Shown one piece after another: positions 20,078 to 29,437 of a DNA stretch of 64,000 nucleotides. The DNA is from a virus. Lineage: Duplodnaviria; Caudoviricetes. Under the pieces are notes generated by a model. It worked only from the letters and a program-made list of their open reading frames with translations, did not search any database and was not told where the DNA came from. A program made the position numbers and the translations under genes. The stretch lies in the IMG/VR virus record IMGVR_UViG_3300033991_000293, positions 706-64,705 of that record. The stretch is one strand, 5' to 3'. The stretch's first letter is position 1. Each line of letters opens with the position of its first letter.

Positions 20078-20569
20078 CTAGGCTTTTTTTTGGGCCCCTT
20101 CATCCTCGGCAGGCCCGGGCCCCGCCAGCCAGTGGGGATTCAAATCGTAGACGGCAGTCTCCCATGCGCCGACCAGCCGCTCGTCCAGTGCAATGAAGTC
20201 GTCGATGCTGAGAGTCCCCACGTTCAGCCCACTGGCCTCGATTGTCGCCGAGATAAGGTCAGGGTAGACCACCTGGGCCAGAATCGCGACTGCCGACATC
20301 GTCACTGGATCGGTTGGCCTCTCCTCCGTCTTTTGTCCCGCAACTTCCGTGCTTTCCTCCGCCTGTGGCTCCCCTTCTTCCTGGTCACCTGCACCTCCGG
20401 CAGTAGAAACAGGGACAAGACCTGTCTGCGCCTGGCGGTATCTTTCTACGAAAACCATACCTGTACCGCGCAGGAGAGTCCTCTTCATGGCCACCAGCGC
20501 AGTCGCCTCAGTGATGACCAGGCGATAGGTCTTGTCCCCGTCTTGGTATTCGACTATCTTCGTCAGCAT
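20078..20569 (-). CDS. tail assembly chaperone (gpG-like)
   Basis: Follows the major tail gene; ends CAA AAA AAA GCC TAG. Confidence 0.75.
   Translation of the reverse strand: MLTKIVEYQDGDKTYRLVITEATALVAMKRTLLRGTGMVFVERYRQAQTGLVPVSTAGGAGDQEEGEPQAEESTEVAGQKTEERPTDPVTMSAVAILAQVVYPDLISATIEASGLNVGTLSIDDFIALDERLVGAWETAVYDLNPHWLAGPGPAEDEGAQKKA
20084..20091 (-). other. programmed -1 ribosomal frameshift site (A8 run)
   Basis: A AAA AAA heptamer; the -1 frame reads SLDGHQQQVRVW into the next ORF. Confidence 0.75.
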
Positions 20570-20574
20570 TGCGC

Positions 20575-21429
20575 CTACTGGATATCCGCGATCTCGTAGA
20601 AGGCAATGACGATATCCCCGTCTGCTGGCGCAACGGTGAAGGTGATGCTGTCCACGGTGATGGTGACTGTTGCGGTCACGTCGGTCACCACGCCAGTCGC
20701 AGCCACCCAGTGGTACACCTTCACACGATCAGCAGCCGCAGCCTTGAAGCCAGTGGAGAAAAGAAACGCTGTCTCAGCGCCCTCGCCTTCCCAATAGGCC
20801 AGATGCGGACGGTACCGCGAGATACCACGGATGATCTGCGCCTCGAGACATCCATCGTTGGCCAGCGTGAAAGGCAGGCCCCAGGGGTATTTGTTAAATA
20901 CCCTGGGTTGCAGCGTATATGTGTTCTCGTCTGCCCCGCCCTCCTCGAAGGGCCCCCATTTGGGGAAGATCAGCGCCTTCGTGAGCAGCACCCAAAGCCA
21001 GTTACGCTGTCCCTTGTTGGTCGATACCTCGTCAGCATCCACGCTCTGGCGATAGCCCAGGATAGCAATGTCTGGCTCCATGCCCTGCTGGTCAGTGCCC
21101 ATGACGCCCGCCTGCATTTCCTCCAGCGCCCTGACTTTCGTGTTAGTCAGAAGGGCATCGAGCGTCAGGTCTGTGCGCCCTGTGCGAATCTCGCCGGTCA
21201 CTGCCTCCGTTGGGGGGAGTAGGTCAACTGCTCCGACCCGATCATCGCCGGTATGGGAGATAATGGTTGGATCTGGGACCGTGAGAGTCAGTGCCTTTGC
21301 CAGTGCCACGCGAAACCCATCGTATCCATCCTCCCCAGGGGTAGGGACCACGCCGAATCCATCGGAATTCAGCGCATATACTCGCAGGTTGCGAAAACCT
21401 GCACCCGAAACCTTAGTTGTTGCTACCAT
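20575..21429 (-). CDS. major tail (tube) protein
   Basis: Position between terminator and chaperone; 284 aa with a C-terminal Ig-like beta domain. Confidence 0.7.
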   Translation of the reverse strand: MVATTKVSGAGFRNLRVYALNSDGFGVVPTPGEDGYDGFRVALAKALTLTVPDPTIISHTGDDRVGAVDLLPPTEAVTGEIRTGRTDLTLDALLTNTKVRALEEMQAGVMGTDQQGMEPDIAILGYRQSVDADEVSTNKGQRNWLWVLLTKALIFPKWGPFEEGGADENTYTLQPRVFNKYPWGLPFTLANDGCLEAQIIRGISRYRPHLAYWEGEGAETAFLFSTGFKAAAADRVKVYHWVAATGVVTDVTATVTITVDSITFTVAPADGDIVIAFYEIADIQ

Positions 21430-21441
21430 AGGAAAGCCTCC

Positions 21442-21921
21442 TTACATGTATTCGTCGTGTTCTGCCGTGAGCAGCCCCCCGAAGTCCAGCCGCTCTGCAT
21501 CCACGTCAAACTCTTCGAGAATCCAATGACCACTGCGCCCGATGTGGCGAATGTGGTTGACCATCGCCCCGCGAACCAGTAACACGCATTGCCCGACCAG
21601 TGCAGTGATCACCGCCTCGCGCATAACCCTGATGTTCGAATATCCCTTACCCCTGTCGTAGATCAAGACAGAGACGTAAGCAGTTCGTGTTCTCTCGCGC
21701 TCGCCCTCCCCTTTTTCCCAAACTACGATGGCCAGCACCTGGCCCGCGTTATCCTCATCCTCCCGCCGTGTAGCCTGCGCCGCCTGCAGTGCCTGCGCGC
21801 TCAGTTGGCCGGTTTCCAGGATACCATCCGCGCCCCCGACCACCAGATCACAGACCTCGTCGGAATCCTTCAGTACCGCAAGCGCCCAGGTAGCAAGGTC
21901 ATTGTACTCTGTCTCTGCCAC
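21442..21921 (-). CDS. tail terminator protein (putative)
   Basis: Size and position upstream of the tail tube; VLKDSDEVCDLV N-terminus. Confidence 0.55.
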   Translation of the reverse strand: MAETEYNDLATWALAVLKDSDEVCDLVVGGADGILETGQLSAQALQAAQATRREDEDNAGQVLAIVVWEKGEGERERTRTAYVSVLIYDRGKGYSNIRVMREAVITALVGQCVLLVRGAMVNHIRHIGRSGHWILEEFDVDAERLDFGGLLTAEHDEYM

Positions 21922-21932
21922 AGGCCAGTCCC

Positions 21933-22154
21933 CTAACCGAATTTGTCCAGACTAACGTCCTTTGCTGGCGTACCGGCACCCACCTGTTGCAGGCAGGCCC
22001 CGACCAACCGTAGCAGTTCTATGACTGCCTCCTCCGGCATGTTGATGGACAAGGTGGGCGATTCGCATGCCCCCTGGAGTTTTCCTCCTGCGTCCAGGGA
22101 GATAAAGACGACGATTCTCAGTTCGTTTGCCCTCTGGTCAGTCGCCGACGGCAT
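21933..22154 (-). CDS. hypothetical protein
   Basis: Coupled small ORF. Confidence 0.5.
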   Translation of the reverse strand: MPSATDQRANELRIVVFISLDAGGKLQGACESPTLSINMPEEAVIELLRLVGACLQQVGAGTPAKDVSLDKFG

Positions 22155-22557
22155 CAGGAACCCCTGTCTCGATCTCGCGCAGGGTTACACTGGCCTGCGC
22201 GATCGCAGCCTCAGCCTCGACAGGCCCAATCTCTGTCGTAGCAGGAGGGGAAGCGATCTTTTTGCGTCTGCGCCGACGAGTGGCCGGCACCGCCTCGGCC
22301 TGGGCCGGCACCTGCTCGGCCATCTCCGCAACCATCTCGTAGTGGATGTCCCACCGGTCATCCAGCGCCGATGGGTGAATGGCCACGATCTGACCGATTT
22401 CTGCATCGCCGATCACAACTCGGGCCCCGACCGTGAAGGGCAACGTTCCCATGATCCTATTGGTCACGAACATGCCCTGGCCGAAGTGTGTCTCCGGAAT
22501 CCCACAATCCAGCCGCACTTCGTCCCCTACTGAAATGACCACGTGTCTGTTTGCCAT
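22138..22557 (-). CDS. hypothetical protein
   Basis: RBS GGAGG; in the late operon. Confidence 0.6.
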   Translation of the reverse strand: MANRHVVISVGDEVRLDCGIPETHFGQGMFVTNRIMGTLPFTVGARVVIGDAEIGQIVAIHPSALDDRWDIHYEMVAEMAEQVPAQAEAVPATRRRRRKKIASPPATTEIGPVEAEAAIAQASVTLREIETGVPDAVGD

Positions 22558-22566
22558 AGCGCCTCC

Positions 22567-22905
22567 CTACTGGAGCATAAAAAGTGTAGCCTGTGCCTCG
22601 TGAGGAAAGATGTCGATGCTAACCACCCGATACCGCACACCCCCTGTCCAGATTTCATCTCCCACCTGCAGGTTAGTCCCACAGGCAAAGGCCATCGTAT
22701 AGTACTGGGGCGATACTGCCCCCTGTACCGACCCATCGTCACGTCCCTGGACTGCCCTGGTGGTTTGGGCGATTCGCACCTGGAGAGTGCCCACTGCCGT
22801 CTCGGTCCCATCGACCATACGCCAGACTGTGGCACCGACGAAATTGTCGCCTGCGATGGTGCCCATTGTAGCCGCCATCAGGCCAGCATTTAGGACACCT
22901 GGCAT
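22567..22905 (-). CDS. head closure (stopper) protein (putative)
   Basis: GTNLQVGDEIWTGGVRYRVVSI motif; follows the adaptor. Confidence 0.65.
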   Translation of the reverse strand: MPGVLNAGLMAATMGTIAGDNFVGATVWRMVDGTETAVGTLQVRIAQTTRAVQGRDDGSVQGAVSPQYYTMAFACGTNLQVGDEIWTGGVRYRVVSIDIFPHEAQATLFMLQ

Positions 22906-23456
22906 TAGAGTGCCTCCGCCGAAGTGATGAATGGAGCCATCAAAGCCTCGCGCTCTACTGTGTCCGCTTTGACCAGCCCCACGGGAGCCCCGCTGATTGT
23001 CTGTAGACGGCCCTGGAGGAATTGCAGCGCATCACGAGAACTGGAACGGTCAACCGATTCCTGGCCGAATGTGTACTTCAGGAAGCGGTCAGCGTCGGCC
23101 AGCAGCCAGGTAATTATCTCCAGCGCCGCAGCGTCGAGGGATGGGAAACGGTCAAGGGCATCCTGCAGTTCATCGTCGGAGAAAGCCACCCAGGAGTAAC
23201 CCGCAACGATGGCAGCACCGGCAGTGGGAGCAGTGGCGAACGTAAGCACGCCCAGGCCAGGGACAATGGTATAATCCTCGTCCCTCTCTTGCACTACCCC
23301 ACCGACCAGTACCACGTCGGAATCTTCCACGACAGGGGCAATCCGAATGCGAAACTGCACCGATTCCCCATCCCCTACTCCAACAGGATCATTGAGTAGG
23401 AGCCTGGGCCGGTCAGCGATCTTGAGTCTGAGCCTTTCCAGGTCTGTCAGCGCCAT
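22905..23456 (-). CDS. head-tail adaptor with inserted beta domain
   Basis: LERLRLKIAD...FSDDELQ adaptor-like; insert GVGDG...F...DYTI...G.LTFATAP. Confidence 0.65.
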   Translation of the reverse strand: MALTDLERLRLKIADRPRLLLNDPVGVGDGESVQFRIRIAPVVEDSDVVLVGGVVQERDEDYTIVPGLGVLTFATAPTAGAAIVAGYSWVAFSDDELQDALDRFPSLDAAALEIITWLLADADRFLKYTFGQESVDRSSSRDALQFLQGRLQTISGAPVGLVKADTVEREALMAPFITSAEAL

Positions 23457-23500
23457 TGCACCACCTATCAGGTTGACAAGTCAGGCCAACAGTATCAGGA

Positions 23501-24217
23501 TCAGTCGTTGATCAGCCTGACGTATAGGGTAGGGGTATACCATAGGCCACCGCTCGATTGCATCTTGAAGCGCATGCACTGCCCCATGATGGGGAAATCA
23601 CGCGCCACCGCTGATGGCGCAATACCCTCCAGCCGGAACAGCATCGAGACTGAGGATAGCGTCAACTCAGTGGTTTGCCCTGCTGTGTCCACCGTGGTGG
23701 TTGATGTCACCGTGTCGCCCGTACCTGCCGACCCGACCGTCACGACCGTTGACGTGATCGTCTCTGTTTCACCCGCTGATGCATCGAGGGTGACCGTAGA
23801 CGTGATGGTCTGAGTCGTCGTCCCTGACCGAACCACTGTAGCCGTGGATGTAGACGTATATGTGTCGAGGGGAGCCAACTCCAGCACTGCACCATCGAAC
23901 CAGGCGGTGATTGCCCCGCAACTGTTGGCTTGATTCGAGAACTGCGGAGTAACAGACAACACGTGAGTGACAGTGGGTGATGTGGTGGAAGCCTGCAGTT
24001 GAAAGTGGCTATAGTAACCCGCGATCATCGGACTGGAGTACTCTGTGGCGGTCAGCGCCTCCGTACCATCGTAGACAGTCACCTGCGCAGACGCTTGCAC
24101 GGTTTGGGCCTCGGCATCTTTGGGTTGATTGAATTTCAGCACTGTCCCGACCATCAGGCCCAATAGACAGGCAACCAGCATCGACAGGCCAACTTGAACG
24201 TACCTGTTTCTCAACAT
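23501..24217 (-). CDS. Thr-rich protein with N-terminal signal/anchor
   Basis: RBS GGAGGT; hydrophobic VGLSMLVACLLGLMVGTVL then AEA; T-rich repeats. Confidence 0.7.
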   Translation of the reverse strand: MLRNRYVQVGLSMLVACLLGLMVGTVLKFNQPKDAEAQTVQASAQVTVYDGTEALTATEYSSPMIAGYYSHFQLQASTTSPTVTHVLSVTPQFSNQANSCGAITAWFDGAVLELAPLDTYTSTSTATVVRSGTTTQTITSTVTLDASAGETETITSTVVTVGSAGTGDTVTSTTTVDTAGQTTELTLSSVSMLFRLEGIAPSAVARDFPIMGQCMRFKMQSSGGLWYTPTLYVRLIND

Positions 24218-24240
24218 AGGAAACCTCCCTCGAAACTTTG

Positions 24241-24618
24241 CTATGCGCCGACCTGGATCACCCTGGGACCGAGTGCATCTTGAACCCGCTGACGGGCAGT
24301 GACCCGTCTCTGCGCGATTGCTTCCTCTGCGGTCATCTCGTGAGATTCCCCGCATTTGTCCCTTTGCCATTCCTCCAGGAAGCACCGCCCGCACGTACCG
24401 CAGACCGGCAGCGCCTCTAGCGCCGCTTTCTTGGGTTGCGGCTCCAGCAGGGATACCAGATTATGCTTGACGAGTAGGGCATCATTGGGATGCCCCTGCA
24501 GTTGGAATATCTGACCGAGTTTGACGTCCCCGATTTTCCCATCGTCATAACTGAAGTCACGTCCCGCCATGACGTAGGAGCCTGGCCCGACGTTAGCCAT
24601 AGTGGTAGGGTTGCCCAT
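24241..24618 (-). CDS. hypothetical protein with C2HC-like zinc finger
   Basis: CGTCGRCF......KCGESH; follows the capsid gene. Confidence 0.65.
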   Translation of the reverse strand: MGNPTTMANVGPGSYVMAGRDFSYDDGKIGDVKLGQIFQLQGHPNDALLVKHNLVSLLEPQPKKAALEALPVCGTCGRCFLEEWQRDKCGESHEMTAEEAIAQRRVTARQRVQDALGPRVIQVGA

Positions 24619-24626
24619 CGTCCCCC

Positions 24627-25607
24627 CTAATCCACTGCATCTGACAGGAACAGGCCAGCGTCAGCAGCAATGACTTTTGGATCCATGTATTGGTAGCATT
24701 CTACCAAGTCGCCCTTATCAGAGACAGGATCGCGCCGCCTCTTGATGTAGCGCGGACCCCCAAAAGCGGTCTTCCAGACGAAGTTATATCCCGCGCTCGG
24801 CACGAACAGCCCAGGGTTAGGGGCGACGTATGCCAACCACGCATCGTCATCCCAGTTAGGAGCGTATGATACCGACCCCTCTGATGTGCCCTCTGGACTG
24901 GCAGTGTACATGGATAGGCCGACCGGTACACGCGCCAGGCCAAGCAGTTGGGCGATCAGGTTGGGAGTCACCATCGCCGGCTCCGTAGACGAAGCCCCAT
25001 ACTTGATCCTGTCGAGCAGGATGGGATGATCGGCCAACACGTCGAACGTCAGGTCACCCAACACCAGTGTATTGGCATTCAGCCCACCCAGTGCACGCCG
25101 GATCGTCCGCATGTCGCCCCGCAACTCCAACAGTGGGTTGCTGGTTGCATAGAGCGACCACTTGATGAAGTCCACCGTACCCTGCCGGTCAGTGCCCCAA
25201 ACCCCTGTCTTCCAGAAGTTGTTGACCCACAGGCGCTCTTCCTTCATGAGCATTTTGTCGGTCACCCACCGCGTACCATCACGGTCTGCATCGAAAGGTT
25301 GATCCGTATTTGCCCTGCGCGCATCGCCGATAAAGTGGCCCACGCCATATTCCCTACAGAAATATGTGTGGGAAGTATCTACGCCGTAGCCGGAGATAGG
25401 CGCAGCCTCGCGCTCGCTCAACTCCTGCGCCTCGTCCCTGAACCACGCCGACTTCGTATACCACGGGATGATGTCCGACCGCTTGACCACCATCACTGTC
25501 GGGAACAACGCTCCCGCGATATACAGCGTATTGATGTATCCGACTGACATGTTCGTCATGAGCATGTTGACGTGTACATCACCTGAACCTGGCATGTCCA
25601 TTGCCAT
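24627..25607 (-). CDS. major capsid protein
   Basis: DVHVN..MTNMSVGY.N..YIA..LFP.V.V.K.SD N-terminal motif; position after protease and cement genes. Confidence 0.85.
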   Translation of the reverse strand: MAMDMPGSGDVHVNMLMTNMSVGYINTLYIAGALFPTVMVVKRSDIIPWYTKSAWFRDEAQELSEREAAPISGYGVDTSHTYFCREYGVGHFIGDARRANTDQPFDADRDGTRWVTDKMLMKEERLWVNNFWKTGVWGTDRQGTVDFIKWSLYATSNPLLELRGDMRTIRRALGGLNANTLVLGDLTFDVLADHPILLDRIKYGASSTEPAMVTPNLIAQLLGLARVPVGLSMYTASPEGTSEGSVSYAPNWDDDAWLAYVAPNPGLFVPSAGYNFVWKTAFGGPRYIKRRRDPVSDKGDLVECYQYMDPKVIAADAGLFLSDAVD

Positions 25608-25634
25608 GTTTGCATTCCTCCTGACTGTGAAGCC

Positions 25635-26030
25635 CTATGAAGCCCTATGGGGAGCCACGCACTCCACAACTGCTTCGATCAGCAAGTCCCCGGCACCGGC
25701 AGCCGACCAGACAGTCCCTGCTACATACTCCGTAGTATCAGTCCCTGGAGTCTTGCCGTCTGCCCGACCATTGGCCGATGGGCCGATCAGGTCACCCACC
25801 GACAGGGAACCAGCCGATTTGATCTTCGTAGGCCCGCTGACGACGATCTCCGCCCTGCGTCCTGAAACCACGGCCTCCTGAAGGACGCCCGCCGGAACGT
25901 CAGTGGCAGCCGCTATGTGTACCAGTTTGCCCGCATTGAACTTCACGAAGTGCCACTGGTAAAGCAGCAGGTCTTCACCTGCCTCGAAAGAACGACGAAT
26001 TTCTGCACCCTGAGAAATGGCAGCCATCAT
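25635..26030 (-). CDS. capsid cement/decoration protein (DUF2190-like)
   Basis: AGVLQEAVVSG..AEIVVSG..KIKSAGSLSVGDLI...ANGRA motif. Confidence 0.75.
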   Translation of the reverse strand: MMAAISQGAEIRRSFEAGEDLLLYQWHFVKFNAGKLVHIAAATDVPAGVLQEAVVSGRRAEIVVSGPTKIKSAGSLSVGDLIGPSANGRADGKTPGTDTTEYVAGTVWSAAGAGDLLIEAVVECVAPHRAS

Positions 26031-26037
26031 ACACCCC

Positions 26038-27648
26038 CTAGCCGACCATCTCGCATTCCTGGTTGTAGAGTTGATACAACTCAGGATGCGCATGGAACAC
26101 TTCCGACAAGGCAGTGGTATAGTCCACGCCCGTGTGTTCCTTCTGGTACGCGGTCACCAGTACCTCAATACGCTCCAGCGCCGACCCGCCCAGGGTTTGG
26201 GAGTGCCCGCGCTCAGTGAAAGCCCTGGCGAACTGCGTATCCGCCTGCCGCAACAGGCCAGCGAAGTAACCCGCATGGGGTTGATCTTTCTCGGTGTCGG
26301 CCTTATAGAGCCAGGCCAGTTGACTGGCCAGGTCAGCCGCAGTGCCAGGTAGATGGCTGAATTGCTCGCCCGCCATCTGCGTAAACCTTTCCAGGGTACG
26401 CGCCGCCTGCTCGATGGCCAATGCTTGCTCCAGGGATTGCACCCGCACAGCGAACGTGTCGCGCTCGGTCTGCAGAGTCCCGACCTGGGTGGTCAGGGTA
26501 TCCACCTGAGTCAACCTGGCACGAGTGGCCTCATCCAATATGACATCAACTGCTCCAGTGCCCGCGCCAGCAGGAGTGCCAACGCCTGCACCTGGAGCAG
26601 CCTGTGGCGGAGTCCCGCCACTACGCGAGAAAAAGTCTGCCAGCGCCTGAAGCCAGGCAGGAGTCTCGCCCGCTTGTCCGGTCATACCGTCACCTCCGTT
26701 GTCTTGAGTAAAGTCAAGGCCCTCGCTCTCATACAATGCCTTGAGTTTCTTGATAGCCACCTGCTTTTCGGGCCCTGCGTATGGGCGACCACGATGGCCA
26801 CCTTCAGAAGTCAATGCGGCTTTCGCGCCGCCCATCAAGCCGTGATCTAAGACCAACTTGCCTGACTTGAACGAGTAAACCCGTAGATGCCACGTGGTAG
26901 GTTTCTCTGGATCTTCGACGACCAGGTAAGCCCGTGCAGGATACTCTACGCCTCCCTCGCTTTTGGTGATCGCGTACCAGATAGCGCCCCCACCTGGTAG
27001 AGCAGAAGCCTGCATGTTGTATAGCGCAGTCGCCTCGCCAAAGAAGGGATAGTTGGTCAGTGCCCCACCACCGACCTGATTCTCGACCGTTTGACCCTGG
27101 GCATCTTCCTGCCACCAGTACACAGTGGGGGAAAAGTATGCATACTCCCCCTCCTGGAGCATTTCACGCCCTCGTTTGTTCCAACGGAATTTAGCACCGA
27201 CCCCATCGAGGGGCAGAACTTCCGTGAACCAGCCGACTGCCCGACCATCATGATCGACGTCGACGGCCAACTGCCTGCGCCGAATACCGCGATCCAGGCG
27301 ATGCGCCCAGTTGTCCACAAACTGCCCGATCACGTCGTCAGTGATATCCCGTGTAACGCCACCGCGCACAAAAGGCCCTTTAGGGATAATCGTAATTGGC
27401 TCCCCCGCCAGTACCCTCTGCGTGATTGCTGCATCGGTCAGCAGGTCAAGGAAGAAGCCCTGGTCAATGAAGCGCCCGCCATCCCCACTAAAGAGTCCTG
27501 CATCCATAGCCGCATCCTCCACGTGAACGTATAACGCCCGTAGGTGAGCCAGTGCCTGGCCATAGGTGGGATGGCATTTCACCACCGTACCGGAGTCTGA
27601 TTTGAGTACACAGAACTCATCGCCACGCTTGCCGATCTTATATGGCAT
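26038..27648 (-). CDS. Mu gpI-like prohead protease / scaffold
   Basis: VDVDH, AVGWF, WNKRGREMLQEGEYAYFSP and ALTNYPF motifs; C-terminal coiled scaffold. Confidence 0.9.
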   Translation of the reverse strand: MPYKIGKRGDEFCVLKSDSGTVVKCHPTYGQALAHLRALYVHVEDAAMDAGLFSGDGGRFIDQGFFLDLLTDAAITQRVLAGEPITIIPKGPFVRGGVTRDITDDVIGQFVDNWAHRLDRGIRRRQLAVDVDHDGRAVGWFTEVLPLDGVGAKFRWNKRGREMLQEGEYAYFSPTVYWWQEDAQGQTVENQVGGGALTNYPFFGEATALYNMQASALPGGGAIWYAITKSEGGVEYPARAYLVVEDPEKPTTWHLRVYSFKSGKLVLDHGLMGGAKAALTSEGGHRGRPYAGPEKQVAIKKLKALYESEGLDFTQDNGGDGMTGQAGETPAWLQALADFFSRSGGTPPQAAPGAGVGTPAGAGTGAVDVILDEATRARLTQVDTLTTQVGTLQTERDTFAVRVQSLEQALAIEQAARTLERFTQMAGEQFSHLPGTAADLASQLAWLYKADTEKDQPHAGYFAGLLRQADTQFARAFTERGHSQTLGGSALERIEVLVTAYQKEHTGVDYTTALSEVFHAHPELYQLYNQECEMVG

Positions 27649-27681
27649 GGGCAACCTCACGGGTTACACAGGTCAGCCGCA

Positions 27682-28158
27682 TCACCCGCCAGGCCGGTCT
27701 GTCTGCATACGTTTGATGAAATCGCCCATCGCTTTGGTGCCTGCCCTGGATGCCAGGTCACGGGAAAAGTCGACGATCCCGCTCGCGAGTACCCCATAGA
27801 GCAGTCTCACGACCAGCACAACCCATCCTGCCACATCTGATGGGAAGCCCTGGGTGGATTGCCAGAGAACCGCGAACAGGATGCCCAGACCCAGGGAGAT
27901 ATAGCGTAGTGTGTTGCCCTGTACCCCGAACCAGGTCTTGGCGATCTGTACCAAAATGATGATCAACACCATGACGTTGACCCCGCCAATGAACATGTCC
28001 TTCAAGGTTGGCGGCTCCTCCTGCTGGAGCAGGCCGGCACCGGTAGGGGCAGCCCCAGGTAGAGCAGGCCGACTGGCAAGGACCGGGTTGACCACGAACA
28101 GCACCAGAATCAGCAGGCCGACCAGCACCAGGTAGATTTGAAACTTGCGATCCTTCAT
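27682..28158 (-). CDS. holin-like membrane protein
   Basis: Four hydrophobic segments; adjacent to the amidase. Confidence 0.65.
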   Translation of the reverse strand: MKDRKFQIYLVLVGLLILVLFVVNPVLASRPALPGAAPTGAGLLQQEEPPTLKDMFIGGVNVMVLIIILVQIAKTWFGVQGNTLRYISLGLGILFAVLWQSTQGFPSDVAGWVVLVVRLLYGVLASGIVDFSRDLASRAGTKAMGDFIKRMQTDRPGG

Positions 28159-28248
28159 CGAACACCTCCGTTCAGACTGATGAGAAACCGTTACCGATTG
28201 GGAAAGCCCCTTGCCTGGGGGGAGAGTAAACTGCTCGATAGCCACCTC

Positions 28249-28938
28249 CTACAACGCCAATAACTCCTGAATGCGCGCATACAGCGCCGGTTTCCACTTG
28301 CCGCTCTGAGCCACCAACCAACCTGGGCAATCTGTGCCATAGGTTTGTCCAGGTTGACTTTTGGGATAATCCTGGTGCCCGAGTATCTGAGCAGGGGATT
28401 TGACGAGGGGGAGCAGGGGGGATTTGATGGCCCAAACTGCCATCCGCGCAGCAGCATCTAACTGCAGTGCTGAAGGCGGATAGATTGCGCGATTGCCTGC
28501 CAATCCAACTGACAAGTCAAGATTCTCGTGACCCTGGTAATTGTGCCAAACCCCATCTTCCAGGTCACCGCACAGGAGAATCTCGCCCGTCTCGCTGATC
28601 CATACGGTATAGCACGTCGAGGGACGGCCACCTTCTTTCGTGATATACCATTTTGCGAAGTCTGCAGGGGATTGGGAAAGAGTGTGGTGAAAACATAAGG
28701 TCTTGATGTCCTCGACCTGTCTGCGCCACCAGCCGTTTTTCAGCAGCCCTGGGCAGCCGGTTTTCTTGGGCATCAACGCACGGATATCCCGTGTCCAGGG
28801 GAAGGCAACCTCTTCTGGCTTGAAGCAATCTAGCCGCCTTTGTAATTCAGCCGCCATCACCTGGCTTGATATAACCGCTTGTTCGACGGTAACGATCAGT
28901 GCTTGCACCTGGATTGGATCATACCCTGGATCGGTCAT
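28249..28938 (-). CDS. endolysin, N-acetylmuramoyl-L-alanine amidase (Amidase_2)
   Basis: FHHT, WH...N, ILGHQD and T.CPG zinc-amidase motifs. Confidence 0.85.
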   Translation of the reverse strand: MTDPGYDPIQVQALIVTVEQAVISSQVMAAELQRRLDCFKPEEVAFPWTRDIRALMPKKTGCPGLLKNGWWRRQVEDIKTLCFHHTLSQSPADFAKWYITKEGGRPSTCYTVWISETGEILLCGDLEDGVWHNYQGHENLDLSVGLAGNRAIYPPSALQLDAAARMAVWAIKSPLLPLVKSPAQILGHQDYPKSQPGQTYGTDCPGWLVAQSGKWKPALYARIQELLAL

Positions 28939-28948
28939 TGTCTCCCTA

Positions 28949-28990
28949 CAAATAAAAACACGGGCAACCGCTCGACGGTAGCCCGTGTTT
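28949..28990 (-). terminator. intrinsic terminator directly upstream of the endolysin RBS
   Basis: Stem AAACACGGGC/GCCCGTGTTT followed on the - strand by TTATTTG. Confidence 0.65.
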
Positions 28991-29402
28991 CTCTGGTCCT
29001 GGGCCAGTCCCTGCACGTCGGCCAGTGGCCCGTGCAGGGACAGGTATAGATTTCTCTGGAGGGGCAGGAGTCAAACCCTGCAGTGGCCCTGATTCGACGT
29101 CGGCAGGATACTGACACCCTGCCCCTCCCACCTGGGCAGGTCAACCCCCCACCCGCTGTGGGTAGAAGACCCGCCAAAAAATGATAGCGTGTCTCGGCTA
29201 TGGGCAGGGGAAGGAATCCGGCAGCCAACTGGAGTCCGGAAGGGAAATCGGCAGGCCGACTGGCGAGATTCCCCTCCCCTGCCACACCGCAGCATCGGAA
29301 CAAGAAGGAAAAGTGCTGGCCGGAGTCTGGGCCCGCACCCCTCCTCCGGCATGCGCCATTTTCCACGTAAACAGAGACCCAGGAGGGTTAATGGCACATC
29401 TG
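28991..29402 (-). ncRNA. structured late leader / candidate ncRNA
   Basis: No credible ORF; stems 29007-29041, 29058-29128 and 29202-29283 between a perfect promoter and a terminator. Confidence 0.5.
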
Positions 29403-29408
29403 CCCATC

Positions 29409-29437
29409 ATTATACACCGAAAGTACAATCGTGTCAA
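29409..29437 (-). promoter_or_regulatory. sigma70/sigmaA promoter for the lysis-head-tail operon
   Basis: TTGACA-17 bp-TATAAT, exact consensus. Confidence 0.85.
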
